DNA of 63,585 nt, filler included, from Salisapilia sapeloensis CBS 127946 (GCA_023334545.1; 13 parts of 13 records of this genome joined end to end with filler, not necessarily neighbours in it); one strand, 5' to 3'; counted from the first letter of the whole stretch, positions 46,812 through 59,201 are shown. Program-made: numbers and translations. The notes: a model not told the origin generated them from the sequence alone.

Positions 46812-47330
46812 TCAGCATTCCTCGGAAGTGGTCCTTGTACTGGAAGACGTACTTCCCTCAGCCTCCTCCTCAATTTTGGAGGTATGCATGGAAGCATAAT
46901 GAGACGTCTGTAGTCTACGACTCGGTATCGAAGATGTCCTCGATTCAGAAGTACAGCTAGAGAATCTTTGGCTTAAAGATAAGCCATCGTCCAGTTCATT
47001 ACGCTTGGGAGGAGGCAATACTGTGTCGTCTGAAACTTCCAATTTGATCAACTCGCTGATTACCTCGTCAAGTTTTAGTCTGTCCTCTGGCTTAAACGCA
47101 CACATGCGCTGAACAAGATCCCAAGCCTGGTCAGAAACGCGTTCATGATCACTTTTTGCTGGAAGCTTTCTACTTGACACATGCATCTTGACCGCAGGTG
47201 CATCAAGACGACCCCAAGGTGTTCTGCCACTTATAGCCTCCACCACACACATTCCGAGCGAATAAACGTCCGACTCATAAGAGCTAGGCTCTCCGTTTAA
47301 GCACTCTGGAGCGACCCATTGCTTGGCGCC
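46812..47330 (-). CDS. TKL-family protein kinase, C-terminal part (5'-partial)
   Basis: WVAPECLNGE..YESDVYSLGMCVVEAISGRTPWG..WDLVQRMCAFKPEDRL. Confidence 0.85.
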   Translation of the reverse strand, partial: GAKQWVAPECLNGEPSSYESDVYSLGMCVVEAISGRTPWGRLDAPAVKMHVSSRKLPAKSDHERVSDQAWDLVQRMCAFKPEDRLKLDEVISELIKLEVSDDTVLPPPKRNELDDGLSLSQRFSSCTSESRTSSIPSRRLQTSHYASMHTSKIEEEAEGSTSSSTRTTSEEC

Positions 47331-47809
47331 NNNNNNNNNNNNNNNNNNNNNNNNNNNNNNNNNNNNNNNNNNNNTTAATTAATTAANNNNNNNNNNNNNN
47401 NNNNNNNNNNNNNNNNNNNNNNNNNNNNNNGTCCACCCGACACTTTACCAGCGTACGCTTAATCGACTTTATCTTCATGCATACAGCAGCTAAGCTACTA
47501 GTCTAGTTTATCTGTAATGCTCAAATACTACAAGAAACTTTGTTTTTCATCATTTCTTCTTCCTCTTTTATTGTGCGTTTGATTCAATATTTCCGAGGTT
47601 GTTTGAACCAGTCGCGGACGGATAATCGCCCGCCTAAACATACACTTGCTTTTTGTATATACTAGACAAGAAAACATGTGCTTTTGAAGGTTAATCCTAA
47701 TCATCTAATTGGTTAATAAATATACTTTTATCGAATCATAGTGAAGACTTCCTTTCTTGCAAAACACTACAGAAGTCTTTATCCTACCCCCTCCTTTCCA
47801 CGCCAAACC

Positions 47810-48458
47810 ATGGCTACCATCTATGCCAACGTCGTTCGGACCGGTACTACCTCCGATACGGCTTCCCTACTTACCTCTCACACGCCCTCCGCGGATGCCT
47901 GAGCCACTACAGTAGACATGAAGCGCAACACAGCCTCTCTTCGCTCGCTAATGGAGCAGGTCCGAGCAAACTCGCGTGTGGATGACTCTCCACACCTCTA
48001 CCCCAAAACAATCGAAACCAACGGAGTCCTCCGAGACGTTCCCTTTCAAAGCATCTTAAAGACCTTTATCCGAGACCAACCCGATGATCACTTCAACCAA
48101 TTGCTTAATTCCGTAGCGCTTCGTTTCCTTCAGAAATCGTCCGAATGAAATCTGGTGCTGTTGTGCACCTCTGAATAGGTTCGATTCTGGCTTGACGACC
48201 GCAAAGTCACTCTTTTCGATTAGCAATAATCGTTTGCTGGTGCTCCACTTCAAACGGTCTCACCTCGCCGTCAATTCTTTCGACATTGACGGGTTCAACA
48301 ATGGTAGCGCATCGACAGAGCTTATATATCAACTACTGTCACGCGGAATCTACGTGGTTTTGACTGGTGCTGTTGCAGTCGGACGGACAGCTCCCGTCTT
48401 CAACGCTACGTATAGGGTCTTAACTTCAAATTGTGATGACGCGTGCTCAAAATTTTAA
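47810..48458 (+). mobile_element. Probable decayed non-LTR retrotransposon ORF1 (gag-like) remnant
   Basis: MATIYANVVR start (SYA.VV-like) continues in frame through one TGA into ORF 47918-48148, then frameshifted pieces (ELIYQLLSRGIYVV..YRVL). Confidence 0.4.
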
Positions 48459-48470
48459 ACCGTAACACTA

Positions 48471-48597
48471 GGGCGTGTGTGGTACAGTGGTAAACTCGCT
48501 CGTTGGAGAGTATACCCGCGTGGATTCGATTTGACCAGCCCAATGTGCAGACTGGTAACAACCACGAGTTCGCTTGTCACGGGACTCGATCCGTGAC
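48471..48597 (+). mobile_element. tRNA-derived SINE-like / Pol III promoter-like sequence
   Basis: A-box TGGTACAGTGG (48480), B-box-like GGATTCGA (48522), and hairpin GTCACGG-N8-CCGTGAC (48576-48597); no complete cloverleaf. Confidence 0.4.
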
Positions 48598-48950
48598 TCT
48601 CTTCACTAAGCGTAGGGGAAGTTCGCTAGGTTTTCAGCAAGTATTGAAGTGAGCTTTTATTGATAGTCTTAAATGATTCTAAATCCTGCACATCCTTTTA
48701 CTATAGATACACCTACTTTAGCAGAAANNNNNNNNNNNNNNNNNNNNNNNNNNNNNNNNNNNNNNNNNNNNTTAATTAATTAANNNNNNNNNNNNNNNNN
48801 NNNNNNNNNNNNNNNNNNNNNNNNNNNAATCGGGAGGTCTCTCGGCCTGCTTCGCCTTCAATCACTCAGCTCACTCTTGAATAGGCTTCCCCGAACACAT
48901 CCACCTCCTCTCAGCTTTATCGCTCACTGCTCTCATCGACACTGTTCGCA

Positions 48951-51392
48951 ATGAACACCTCTGCAGCGACGGACGCCAACGACAGCAAACGCATGGCGGA
49001 GATCAAGCAGCAGATGAGCACGCCTCCGGCCGCACCCATGGTGCCCATTAGCCTCTCGCCACTCTCGGTTGCCGAGAACATGGCGCCGACTCGCAACCCG
49101 CTGCCGAGCAAAGTCCGGGGCAGCCTCAGCATCAAAGGTGTCCGCCGAGCTCCGATCAACGAGGCCTCGGTGGAACCGGACGACAATGCGATGGTTCGCC
49201 CGAAGATCCCGAAGACTGCGTCGACCAGAAGTGTGATCGCGAAGGCTCTCCGCAACCACTACTTGTTCAACTCTCTCGAAGCACAGGAGTTGGAAGGCAT
49301 GATCGACGTCATGGCTATGGTGACAGTGCAAGGTGGCGAAAACGTCATCACGCAAGGTTCCATGGGCGACTGCTTCTTCGTGCTGGAGTGTGGCCAGTGC
49401 GATATCATCGTCGACGGCAAGCTTGTGGGCAAGTACGCCAGTGGGGATGCCTTCGGTGAACTCGCGCTGCTGTACAACAGTCCTCGTGCCGCGACGATCC
49501 AGGCGACGACCGGAAGTATCCTGTGGACCGTGGACCGCACGACGTTCCGGAAGATCATGGCAACGACTGCGTCGGCTACGCAGCTCGCTCGTGTGAACTT
49601 TTTGAAGAACGTGGAGCTGCTCCAGAGACTGAGCACGGCTCAGCTGCAGAAGGTGGCAGCAGCGCTCAAGCTACAGCGCTTCAAAGATGGCGAGTACATC
49701 ATCCGACAGGGAGAAACCGGTAAGACATTCTACATCATCGTGGAAGGTAGCGTCAAGTGCACCTCGCACAGCAAGGACCCGAAGGAAGCCGACAAGGAAC
49801 TCATGACACTCGGGCGTGGCAATTACTTTGGCGAGATGGCGCTGATGCTGAACGAGCCTCGACAAGCGAACTGTGTCGCTGTCGGGAACGTCGACTGCTA
49901 CGTCATGGACCAGGCGCAGTTCACCAAGCTGCTCGGTCCGCTGCGCACGCTCATCGACCGTCAAATGCGCATCCGTGTCCTCCGAAGCGTCCCGCTGCTG
50001 TCTTCACTGTCGGACGGCGACCTCGATGTCCTGGCGCATGCACTCAACGTGGTAACCTTCGAAGATGGCAGTGTGATCATCAAGGAAGGCACGCCAGGCG
50101 ACTCGTTCTACATGATCTCAGACGGCAAGGTAAGTGTGCGGAAGGCCGGCTTCGAGATGATGCAGCTCCGTTCGGGCGAGTTCTTCGGTGAGCGTGCGCT
50201 TCTATCGAACGACCCGAGAGCTGCCGACTGTATCGCCGTCGGACGCGTGGAATGTCTGACGCTGCAGCGCAATGCCTTCGAAAAGCTGTTGGGTAAGCTG
50301 GAGCACCTCATGGAGCGCGAGAAGCAGCGGCAGCAGATGATGCAAGAGTCGCTGCTCGGCGTGCCGGTGCCGAAGATGTCTGTCCCTACAGCCAAGAAAA
50401 TCGCCTTCCAGGACCTGGAGAAGATCCGCACGATCGGCGCTGGAACCTTCGGCCGCGTGTACATTGCTCGACACAAGATGACAGGAGAGACGTACGCGCT
50501 GAAGTGCATGCAGAAGACGACGGTGGTGGAGACGAATCAGCAGAAGAATGTCGTGTACGAGAAGGGCATCATCGCTGAGTGCGACCACCCGTTCATTTTG
50601 AAGCTCGTGGACACCTTCTCGGACGCCAACCAACTGTACATGCTACTGGAGCTGGTACAGGGCGGAGAGCTCTGGTCGCTGCTGTATGAGAAGGCGTTCC
50701 GAGTCGGCAAGGGTCCTTGCGGGGGCTTCAACGTGGATGCCGCCCGCTTCTACGCTGCGAACGTGGCGGAGAGTCTTCGCTATCTACAGAAGCTGGAAGT
50801 TGCCTACCGTGACCTCAAGCCGGAGAACCTCGTCATGGACAGCGACGGCTACCTCAAAATGGTTGACTTTGGTTTTGCCAAGCACGTGCCGTTTTACCGT
50901 CGTGGCATGCTCTTCGATCGATCCTTCACCATGTGCGGGACACCAGAGTACTTGGCGCCGGAGCTCGTGCTCAACAAGGGTCACGGCAAGGCGGTGGATC
51001 ACTGGGCGCTCGGATGCCTCATCTACGAGCTCATCGTTGGTGAGACGCCGTTCCACCATCGCGACCAGAACAAGATCTTCCAGAAGATCGTGCAAGGCCG
51101 CGGTTACATCCGGTTCCACTCGCGATTCGATCCGGATGCGAAAGACTTGGTGCTCAAGCTGCTGGAGCCAAACCCGGCTCTCCGCCTCGGTTCGCTTGCG
51201 GGTGGCATGAACGACGTGTTGGAACACCCGTTCTTCGCGAAGATCGACATGAAGGCGCTCGTCAGCAAGACGATAAAGGCTCCGTACGTTCCGGTCGTGA
51301 AGGGAGCGATGGACACTGGTAACTTCGAGCCGTATGCGGAGGATCAAAAGGTGCGCCCGTTCCACGGCAAGGACGTCTTCGAGGGCTTCTAA
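48951..51392 (+). CDS. PKG: cGMP-dependent protein kinase with three cNMP-binding domains
   Basis: Three cNMP cassettes (FGELALLYNSPRAATI; FGEMALMLNEPRQANC; FGERALLSNDPRAADC) and an AGC kinase domain (GAGTFGRV, YRDLKPEN, DFGFAK, TMCGTPEYLAPE). Confidence 0.95.
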   Translation: MNTSAATDANDSKRMAEIKQQMSTPPAAPMVPISLSPLSVAENMAPTRNPLPSKVRGSLSIKGVRRAPINEASVEPDDNAMVRPKIPKTASTRSVIAKALRNHYLFNSLEAQELEGMIDVMAMVTVQGGENVITQGSMGDCFFVLECGQCDIIVDGKLVGKYASGDAFGELALLYNSPRAATIQATTGSILWTVDRTTFRKIMATTASATQLARVNFLKNVELLQRLSTAQLQKVAAALKLQRFKDGEYIIRQGETGKTFYIIVEGSVKCTSHSKDPKEADKELMTLGRGNYFGEMALMLNEPRQANCVAVGNVDCYVMDQAQFTKLLGPLRTLIDRQMRIRVLRSVPLLSSLSDGDLDVLAHALNVVTFEDGSVIIKEGTPGDSFYMISDGKVSVRKAGFEMMQLRSGEFFGERALLSNDPRAADCIAVGRVECLTLQRNAFEKLLGKLEHLMEREKQRQQMMQESLLGVPVPKMSVPTAKKIAFQDLEKIRTIGAGTFGRVYIARHKMTGETYALKCMQKTTVVETNQQKNVVYEKGIIAECDHPFILKLVDTFSDANQLYMLLELVQGGELWSLLYEKAFRVGKGPCGGFNVDAARFYAANVAESLRYLQKLEVAYRDLKPENLVMDSDGYLKMVDFGFAKHVPFYRRGMLFDRSFTMCGTPEYLAPELVLNKGHGKAVDHWALGCLIYELIVGETPFHHRDQNKIFQKIVQGRGYIRFHSRFDPDAKDLVLKLLEPNPALRLGSLAGGMNDVLEHPFFAKIDMKALVSKTIKAPYVPVVKGAMDTGNFEPYAEDQKVRPFHGKDVFEGF

Positions 51393-52360
51393 CTGAAGTG
51401 GCTGATCGTATTGTATCTAGATTGGCATGTAATGTGAGTGGTAACTTGAACATGTATATTTTTTACCAGAATTGGTTCTTCATCGATGAGTATTTGAAGT
51501 GAAACGGCGATCCTATGACACGAGCTAGTGATAAAACGATCACCAAATTGTCGACATGAGTGAACCTAGTCCGGAGGTACTCTCTAGTGATGACAAACCG
51601 ACTAGCAGCGACCGAGAGATGGTAGTTGATAGTGAGGCCCATGATACACGAAACAAACTAGACCATGAGGATAAGGTTGAACGTGAGAGTTTTAGCGTGG
51701 AGGACGCTAGAGAGAAAACAGCAAAAGAGCTTTTAAATGACGATGATGGGCTCTATATGCGGAAGTCAAATGATGATAAGCAACAAGATAGAAAGCTTCA
51801 TATGAGAGCTGAAGATGCGATAGGCACACATTCTAACCGTCAGCCAGAAGACGCTGAGATAGATGAATTATACGATGTCCGAATTGACGATGGCAACGAA
51901 CCCAGAGAGCATAGGAAAAGGTAATAACAGCTTTATATCCTTGCCGGGTCGAAATTGTCCCTAAATTCAAAACAGACCTACTCCAGTGATTGAATTACCT
52001 TCTTCGTCGACAAATGACCTTCAACATGCATTTCTGGGTGAAGAATTTGATGATGTACACAGTCAATTGTGTGTACGATCGCCAACTGAAAGCTTACTAA
52101 TCCGAGATGCTGACATGAGATCCATCTATCATTATGCGGCTTTGTGTACGAATGGTCAAGGGCAGATCGCTCCATTTCGAGCCATCGATCTATATTACAG
52201 CAGAAAGAAACAGATTGATACAGATCGACGAGCAAAACACGCGCACGACGCCGAATTGTANNNNNNNNNNNNNNNNNNNNNNNNNNNNNNNNNNNNNNNN
52301 NNNNTTAATTAATTAANNNNNNNNNNNNNNNNNNNNNNNNNNNNNNNNNNNNNNNNNNNN

Positions 52361-52882
52361 ATTACAATTGCAGCGGACGATATCGTCTTTCGGATTTGGA
52401 CGGAGGACGAAGAAGTCTTGGCTTTGTGTTCTACGGCGCTAGTGGCATTCGGAGTATGCATCGTGGTTGCAATCTGTCGCTTCATGCAGTCCGGAGCGAT
52501 GAATGCGCTCTCTCTTGCCAACTACAATTTCTACGTAAACGCTATTGGCACCTGGATTGGACAGACCCCACTCACGTACGTCCTTCCCATTCTTCTCGAC
52601 ATGGGAATTAACGGTGCATGGTGGGCAGACACGGCAGGCGAGGCTCTTCGGGTTGTCTTTCTGGCTTGGCTGTTATGTAAAGTCGATTGGAAGGATGCCG
52701 TGCAAAGAGCTCAGAGGGATGCTGAAGTTGCTTCTACCACGATGGAGGATGACGAGCAGAACAAGTTGCTGGCACTCGAGAGTGAATTGTCTACGCCGAC
52801 GGGGCTAATGACGCCAACGAAGGTGGCTCCGTCGATGGACTTTGCGTCGCCGCGAGTGACATCGTCCGCAACAGAAGCATAG
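52361..52882 (+). CDS. MATE-family transporter, 3' part
   Basis: FRIWTEDEEV..., terminal TM helices, MGINGAWW, VDWKDAVQRAQ. Confidence 0.8.
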   Translation: MTIAADDIVFRIWTEDEEVLALCSTALVAFGVCIVVAICRFMQSGAMNALSLANYNFYVNAIGTWIGQTPLTYVLPILLDMGINGAWWADTAGEALRVVFLAWLLCKVDWKDAVQRAQRDAEVASTTMEDDEQNKLLALESELSTPTGLMTPTKVAPSMDFASPRVTSSATEA

Positions 52883-52942
52883 GAAGGGACCAGCAAGACA
52901 CTCCGACGATACGAAATGAATGAAAGAGAAGGCATATCTTGT

Positions 52943-53500
52943 TTACAGTTTACTAGTGAGTTTCGTCTTCTTGGACTTGTTGTTCTCACGCTCCTGCAGT
53001 TGTCGGCGCAGGATCTTGCCAGAAGCGCTTTTCGGAATGGCGTCGATGATCTCAACCTCACGCACCTTCTTGAAGCCAGCCACCTTGCCAGCCACAAACT
53101 TCATGATCTCCTCCGGAGTCGCAGACTCTCCCGGCTTGAGCACCACGAACGCCTTCGGGATCTCCTCTCCATCAGCGTCCTTGCCGCGGACACAGCACGC
53201 GTCTTCGACCTTCGGGTGAGCACCAATGGCATCTTCGATCTCGGCAGGAGCAATCTGGTGCGCCTTGTACTTGATCATTTCCTTCAGTCTGTCCACGACG
53301 AAGATGAAGCCGTCTTCGTCAATGTATCCGATGTCTCCCGTACGAATGAAACCGTCTTCGGCGAAGACTCGTTTGTTGGCTTCCTCATCACCCAAGTATC
53401 GGTTCATGGCCTGAGGAGATCGGAAGAGGAGCTCACCAGACTTGTTGACACCTAGGTCTTCGTCCGTGTCAAGATCCTTGATCTTCAGCTCCGCGTTCGG
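52943..53500 (-). CDS. 4-coumarate-CoA ligase-like AMP-binding enzyme, 3' part, peroxisomal
   Basis: RTGDIGY, VDRLKEMIKYK, APAEIED, IPKSASGKILRR; ends in SKL* (PTS1). Confidence 0.92.
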   Translation of the reverse strand, partial: PNAELKIKDLDTDEDLGVNKSGELLFRSPQAMNRYLGDEEANKRVFAEDGFIRTGDIGYIDEDGFIFVVDRLKEMIKYKAHQIAPAEIEDAIGAHPKVEDACCVRGKDADGEEIPKAFVVLKPGESATPEEIMKFVAGKVAGFKKVREVEIIDAIPKSASGKILRRQLQERENNKSKKTKLTSKL

Positions 53501-53600
53501 NNNNNNNNNNNNNNNNNNNNNNNNNNNNNNNNNNNNNNNNNNNNTTAATTAATTAANNNNNNNNNNNNNNNNNNNNNNNNNNNNNNNNNNNNNNNNNNNN

Positions 53601-54874
53601 CCTCCAAGTCGCTCTTGACCAAGATCATGTCGGCTTCGGCCTGCGCGATCTGCGTGCCAGCTCCGACAGCCATGCCAATATCAGCTTGCGCCAGCCCTGG
53701 GGCATCATTGATTCCGTCACCGACCATGCAGACGATACGAGATTTTCCTCGCACGCGCTTCCGCTGCAGTTTCTTGATCTGTCCAGCCTTCTCCGCCGGC
53801 ATCGTGCCGGCCTTGACATGGATAATGCCCAAGTCCTTGGCCACTGCCTTGGCCGTCCGGACGTTATCGCCTGTAATCATCCACACATCAATGCCCATCG
53901 ACTGCAGCTGCGCTACCACACTCTTGGATTCAGGTCGAGGCACGTCTGCCATGGCCACTAGACCTGCGAGCTCATTATCGATGCTGACGCACACCACCGT
54001 CTTCCCTTCTTCCTCCAGTCGATACATCTCGGTCTTCATCTTATCTCCAACCGTAACCTTCTGCTCTTCACAAAATGCAGAATTACCAATGATTATAAAC
54101 GCTTTCTCCTTGTCTCCATGCAGATGCACAGCATGGCCTCGAATACCTCGTCCAGGCACGACTTGTACGTCTGTCGGTTCCTGTAGCTTCACATGCTCTT
54201 GCTTCACAGCAGCAGACACGATCGCTTTGCCTAGCACATGCTCACTTACGCATTCAAGCGTCGCGGCGTAGTAGAGAACATCTCGAGGCGTGAACGTGTG
54301 GTTGGACACGATGACGTCCGTCACGGTCGGGTTCCCAGCCGTCAGCGTTCCCGTCTTGTCAAAGACGATGGTGTCCACTGCACGGCCTACCTCTAGTGCC
54401 TTCCCTCCTTTAATCAAAACTCCTTTCTTCGCACCGACGCCACATCCGACCATGACGGCAGTGGGTGTCGCGAGGCCCAAAGCACATGGACACGAGACGA
54501 CGATGACAGAGATAGCAAACAAAATAGCGATGAACAGGTCTTCGGAATGACCGCTCGTAGTGTCCACGCTCAGATACTCCTTGTACGTGTCTGGCACCAT
54601 GTTCATCTGCAGCAGCGAGTACCACGTGACAAAGGTCGTGCCGGAGATGATTAAGACACATGGTGCCAATACGGAAGCGAGCTTGTCTGCGTACGCCTGG
54701 ATTGGTGCTTTGCTCATTTGAGCGTCTTCGATGAGACCACAGATCTGAGACAGAGTGCTGCTCTCGCCACCGGAGCAAGAAGCAGTGATGACGAGGGCGC
54801 CCTGCTGATTCACAGTAGATCCGAAGACGTGGTCTCCAGGCCCTTTAGACACCGGAACACTCTCCCCTGTCAGC
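53601..54874 (-). CDS. P1B-type heavy-metal (Cu) transporting ATPase, internal fragment
   Basis: SCPCALGLATP, DKTGTLT, MITGDN, GDGINDAP. Confidence 0.95.
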
Positions 54875-54974
54875 NNNNNNNNNNNNNNNNNNNNNNNNNN
54901 NNNNNNNNNNNNNNNNNNTTAATTAATTAANNNNNNNNNNNNNNNNNNNNNNNNNNNNNNNNNNNNNNNNNNNN

Positions 54975-56277
54975 CCGCTACATTCGGACTTATTCTGGAT
55001 CTCCATACATAGATTATCTTCCATACACTGAGCTAGCTGCTCTACAGCTTCTTTCAGCTGGAGGTCAACCAGTGAAAGCTACCAAGTCTTTTCTCTACTC
55101 CTTAGACGAGGGCCTTGCTTAAAAATATTTCCATTGGAGATATGTGGGACCTAGCATACTACTGATAACTCCAATATGTCCACCTGCTATGCTTACCAGA
55201 GAATTTAAAGCGCAGGTCCACAGACTCATGGAGGTGCTCATTACAAATTTCCCGCTGATGCTTGCTGGTCCCTACTCGTCAACAAGAGCACTCTATCGTA
55301 CATCACGACAGATAAACCTGCTAGGTGCCGCTCTGAGTCCGGGTACCCAAGCCAGTCTACAACTATGTGATAACTCTTCAGGCGCAACAACGACGTCTAC
55401 AGTCGAGGCATTTTCATAGATACGTCTTCGTATCCAGGATCGGATCGAATTACCTGCTATCGTGAACTGGATCCATCCGCATCCGCTTGTGAGCCGTCTG
55501 GTATGCATTTGGGCAGGACACCGGCGATGGATTCAGCCTAGGAAAGCTCAACGTCTCTTTTATAAAAATGGTAAGCTTCGGCATCTCGCACACGAACCTG
55601 CGCAGATCTGTCCCGCCGCAGACAAAAATGGCATCTTTCAAACAATCGGGTGGTGGAGGCTTTAGAGCACTTAGACTCGCGGAAGATTCGCCGAATGGAT
55701 GGAGCAGGCCCATGGTGCAGTTAGTTAGCTTCTCTACAGAATTAAAGCACATGCACTCTCCTTGTATGACTTCACCCGAGGAAAAAGTGGATGCTCACAT
55801 GCCACATGCAGTCATATTAGACGCATTGACTTACAACATGTCTTTGTGGATTGCCCTGCTGCTAAAGCGCTACGTGAAACTTTCTTATGTAAATGGAAGG
55901 ATCTTGGCGCAGCCGACACAGAGTATATCTCTAGTGTTTTTTCGCTTAAACTCCAGGCGTTTCCGAAGGACATCTGGACGCTAGCAACCAAAGAACTCCC
56001 GATTCCTACGGAGGACGAAGCCTCCGAGCTTAACGAGAGGCTCAATAGCCCCATGGTCAAGTGCTGGGCAGGTGGAGCGGCGACGATGATGCATGCTATC
56101 TGGCATTGGCGTGTTGCCCATTTTGATGATGAGCTCTGTGTCATTCAAGGCGTGCATACTGTATGCCTGCGCAATAGATCACGACAATGTTACCGCAATA
56201 TCCTGTATGCATCTCTGGAGCACAGGCGACTAAGGCCAGCAAAGCGGCAAGACGCGTGGCCTTCACGGCTCTTCTAA
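54975..56277 (+). mobile_element. Decayed non-LTR (L1-like) retrotransposon ORF2 C-terminal region with zf-RVT
   Basis: Frameshifted pieces; CSHATC..LQHVFVDCPAAKALRETF..W and MMHAIWHWRVAHF are typical post-RT motifs. Confidence 0.75.
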
Positions 56278-57493
56278 CCCAGCATCCGGCAACACTCCAA
56301 CTACAACACCAACNNNNNNNNNNNNNNNNNNNNNNNNNNNNNNNNNNNNNNNNNNNNTTAATTAATTAANNNNNNNNNNNNNNNNNNNNNNNNNNNNNNN
56401 NNNNNNNNNNNNNCTACCAGACTCAATGGTCTTCCTCTTTACGAGCCTACTATTCTACCTTTCTCGGCAGCCTTAGACGTGTCCGATATGCTTGGATCAT
56501 TTCCAAACACGCCGTGCCTGCAAGCAAACATAACGGTTGAAGCCATGGGCTGCAAAGTTCCGTTCGTACACTGCCCTCACTTCTTGATGGGGTCTTCGTG
56601 ACTTTATCAATCCTTGACTTTGGACGAGGTGTCGAAGAAGATGCGAAAGTTGCACCATGTTCTACTCTTTTGTGCTTCATGATTCGTTGTCGCGAGACTC
56701 CGGTCGTTGACCTCTGTCGGTATTGGACGCTTACAGTATCTCAAGCACACGAGCGTTGTCGACTGCTTGTCATTTATCTGTTTCTAGCTACTGGAAACCT
56801 GGAACGGACCTTGAGATCACAAGTTGATCGTGGCTCCATCGCTTCTCAACTCGATCGTGCATATCCCACACTTGGTGCGACTAAATACACGGAGCGAGTG
56901 CTTTGAAGACTGTATTTCGGCTTGAAAGGTGTTGCTGTTTCGGTGGTGATCTGCCTGTACTTGGTCTGTCTTTTCACATGAGGCTCGATGGCAACGTGAT
57001 GCTTAAAGAATCCATAGACCTTGTTTGGACGCATCACCGTTAATGGCAGAGCTATCATCATCCTTGGTAAGTTTCGCGGCAAGCCCGGAAGACGCCTCGA
57101 CCAGGATTCCTCGATCCGTTTCATCCACTCGAACAGAGCCCATGGATAAATCGAAAGCTGTTTTGGGCTCAAAGCTCGAGTTGATGGAAACTGTGTCTGG
57201 ATGCATCTTGAAAGCCATTCATACAGATATGCATATATGCAGACGCTGTAGTACAAGTTTCAGATCTTCGTGAAGGTGCCATTAGCATCCTTCAAACCGA
57301 TACCCTGGAATGGAAACTTGGAGACCACCGACCACGACAATAACGAGCAGAACACTCTTCTTTCGTGATTGCATTTTGGATTGTCCACTTATCCTATGAA
57401 TCAAGAAGCGGAGTACACGCAGCTACAAATACATCGTCGCTCGGAGCCCAAACTTTTACCAGAAAACCAAAACCATCCTTCCAGCATCCAGGC

Positions 57494-58836
57494 TCACTTG
57501 CGCATCGGAATCGTGTCCTTGTGATACTTGTGGCGGAAGTACGAACGAACCGGTCCAAGGATCACGACGTACTCGTACACGACAACCGTTGCGACGTTGC
57601 CAAGGATCATGCCAAAGTACTTGAGTCGGAAGGAGAGCGGGAGCGGTATCCACGGCAGGCCGACGACGTTGGTGCTGCTGGCGATGCGGAAGAGGTCGTG
57701 CACCGACGTCGGCTCGCCGAGCAGCAGGTAGATGCCGAGCGTAGCAAAGCACGCGAAGACAAGAAGCAGCGGTCGGTTGGTCCAGATCGGCTTGCGGTAG
57801 TGCGTGCCGAAGCTAAATACCCACGCGGCCGTCTGCTGCTGCGAGATGACGGCGAAGAAGAGGCACGTCGCCATCGCGTTGTCCGAGAGCAGCCACCACT
57901 TGGACAGGTCGACGTTGTTCGGCGTGAAAGGGCAGTACCAGTCCTGCGACACCAGCATCGAGACGCTCGAGAGGAGGAAGAGGACGTTGATGGCCTCTTG
58001 GCCGACGATGGAGGCGAGCGTCTGCGGCCCCACGAGACTGGACGTCGGACGCTGTTTCCCGAGCTTGTCCAGCGGCTTGGACAGCGTGATGACGTACGAC
58101 AGGCCGACCATAGTGAAGCCGTCGGCCAGGATGAAGCACCACTCGCTCATGATCACGCCGTGGTACCACTGGTACATGCGGAGCGTCGATGCGATGACGC
58201 CGTACATGATGAGGAACTTGACGGACGCGAAGGATGTGGCCACACTGCAGCGTCCCTCTCGGCACAGGTCCACGACCGACCGGATCGTCTTGGACTTGCT
58301 GGTGAACGGAGACACGACGGAGGCCTCTGCGTCACTTAGCGCCACGCCAGTGTGCGCCATCCGAAGCGCACCGCAGTCGTTTCCACCGTCGCCGCACATG
58401 CCCGTGACTGCCCCGGTCTCCATGTGCATCTGGATGCACTTGATCTTGCCATTGGGCGTCATACGGCTGTAGATGCGGACATTCAGAAGCAGGTCTTCCA
58501 TCTCGCCCATCGCATTCAGGAAGTCAAAGGCGCGACCGGTGACCGCCAGCTCCACGTCGTCGCCGCGAGCCACCATTTCCTTCACTTGACCGAGATGAAA
58601 CGCCATGTTCCGGTCCACGTCGCGCCATACGAGGGAAGCCGCGGATGTGGTACTGGACACCACGTCACCCAGCAGCACGCAGGCTGTCTTGTCGATCATG
58701 CCGCTCTCCCGAGCGATGTAGCAGCCGCACATGGCGTTGTCGCCTGTGATCATGACGGTGCGCGTGTCGCCTTCCTTGAGCGCCTTGATGGCGTCGGCCG
58801 TGTCCGGCTTGAGCTCGTTGCGGAACATGATGAGAC
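57494..58836 (-). CDS. P5-type (ATP13A-like) P-type ATPase, 3' part
   Basis: MITGDN, YSRMTPNGK, MCGDGGNDCGALR, EASVVSPFTS, EGRCSVATSF, FGTHYRKP. Confidence 0.95.
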
Positions 58837-59201
58837 NNNNNNNNNNNNNNNNNNNNNNNNNNNNNNNNNNNNNNNNNNNNTTAATTAATTAANNNNNNNN
58901 NNNNNNNNNNNNNNNNNNNNNNNNNNNNNNNNNNNNACAGACCTGCTACACCGTCGGTGGATGTTGATCAGACTCCTTTGATCGGCACTTTACCACCTGC
59001 GGAGATTTCCTCACAGCAAGGGAATGCACCAGAGTCCAGTGGTTTCTTACCACAGACTCCTCACAATTCTACTGCCATGCCTTTATTTGGTTAAAACCTC
59101 GGCCTATTACATGACATCAGTATCTACCTAATGTGAGCGCTAATAGCCGTTGGGCGAAGCCTGTAAGTGAAGGACAGGAACCTCACGTGACGAGTAAAAG
59201 C

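Noticed and set aside
51556-52260. Acidic low-complexity ORF 51556-51924 and ORF 51986-52260
   Set aside because: Possibly retroelement-associated debris, but no diagnostic motif could be identified.
54225-54260. SEHV instead of SEHP in the P1B ATPase nucleotide-binding domain
   Set aside because: The invariant His is retained; a single substitution is not enough to infer altered function.
56414-57480. Short overlapping ORFs downstream of the P5 ATPase
   Set aside because: All frames are interrupted and none shows a recognisable family; probably decayed sequence.
48828-58836. GC-rich contigs as contamination from a second organism
   Set aside because: ATIC, inside contig 3, shows equally GC-rich codon usage next to AT-richer genes, so expression-linked codon bias suffices. 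A mixed bin cannot be excluded without coverage data.
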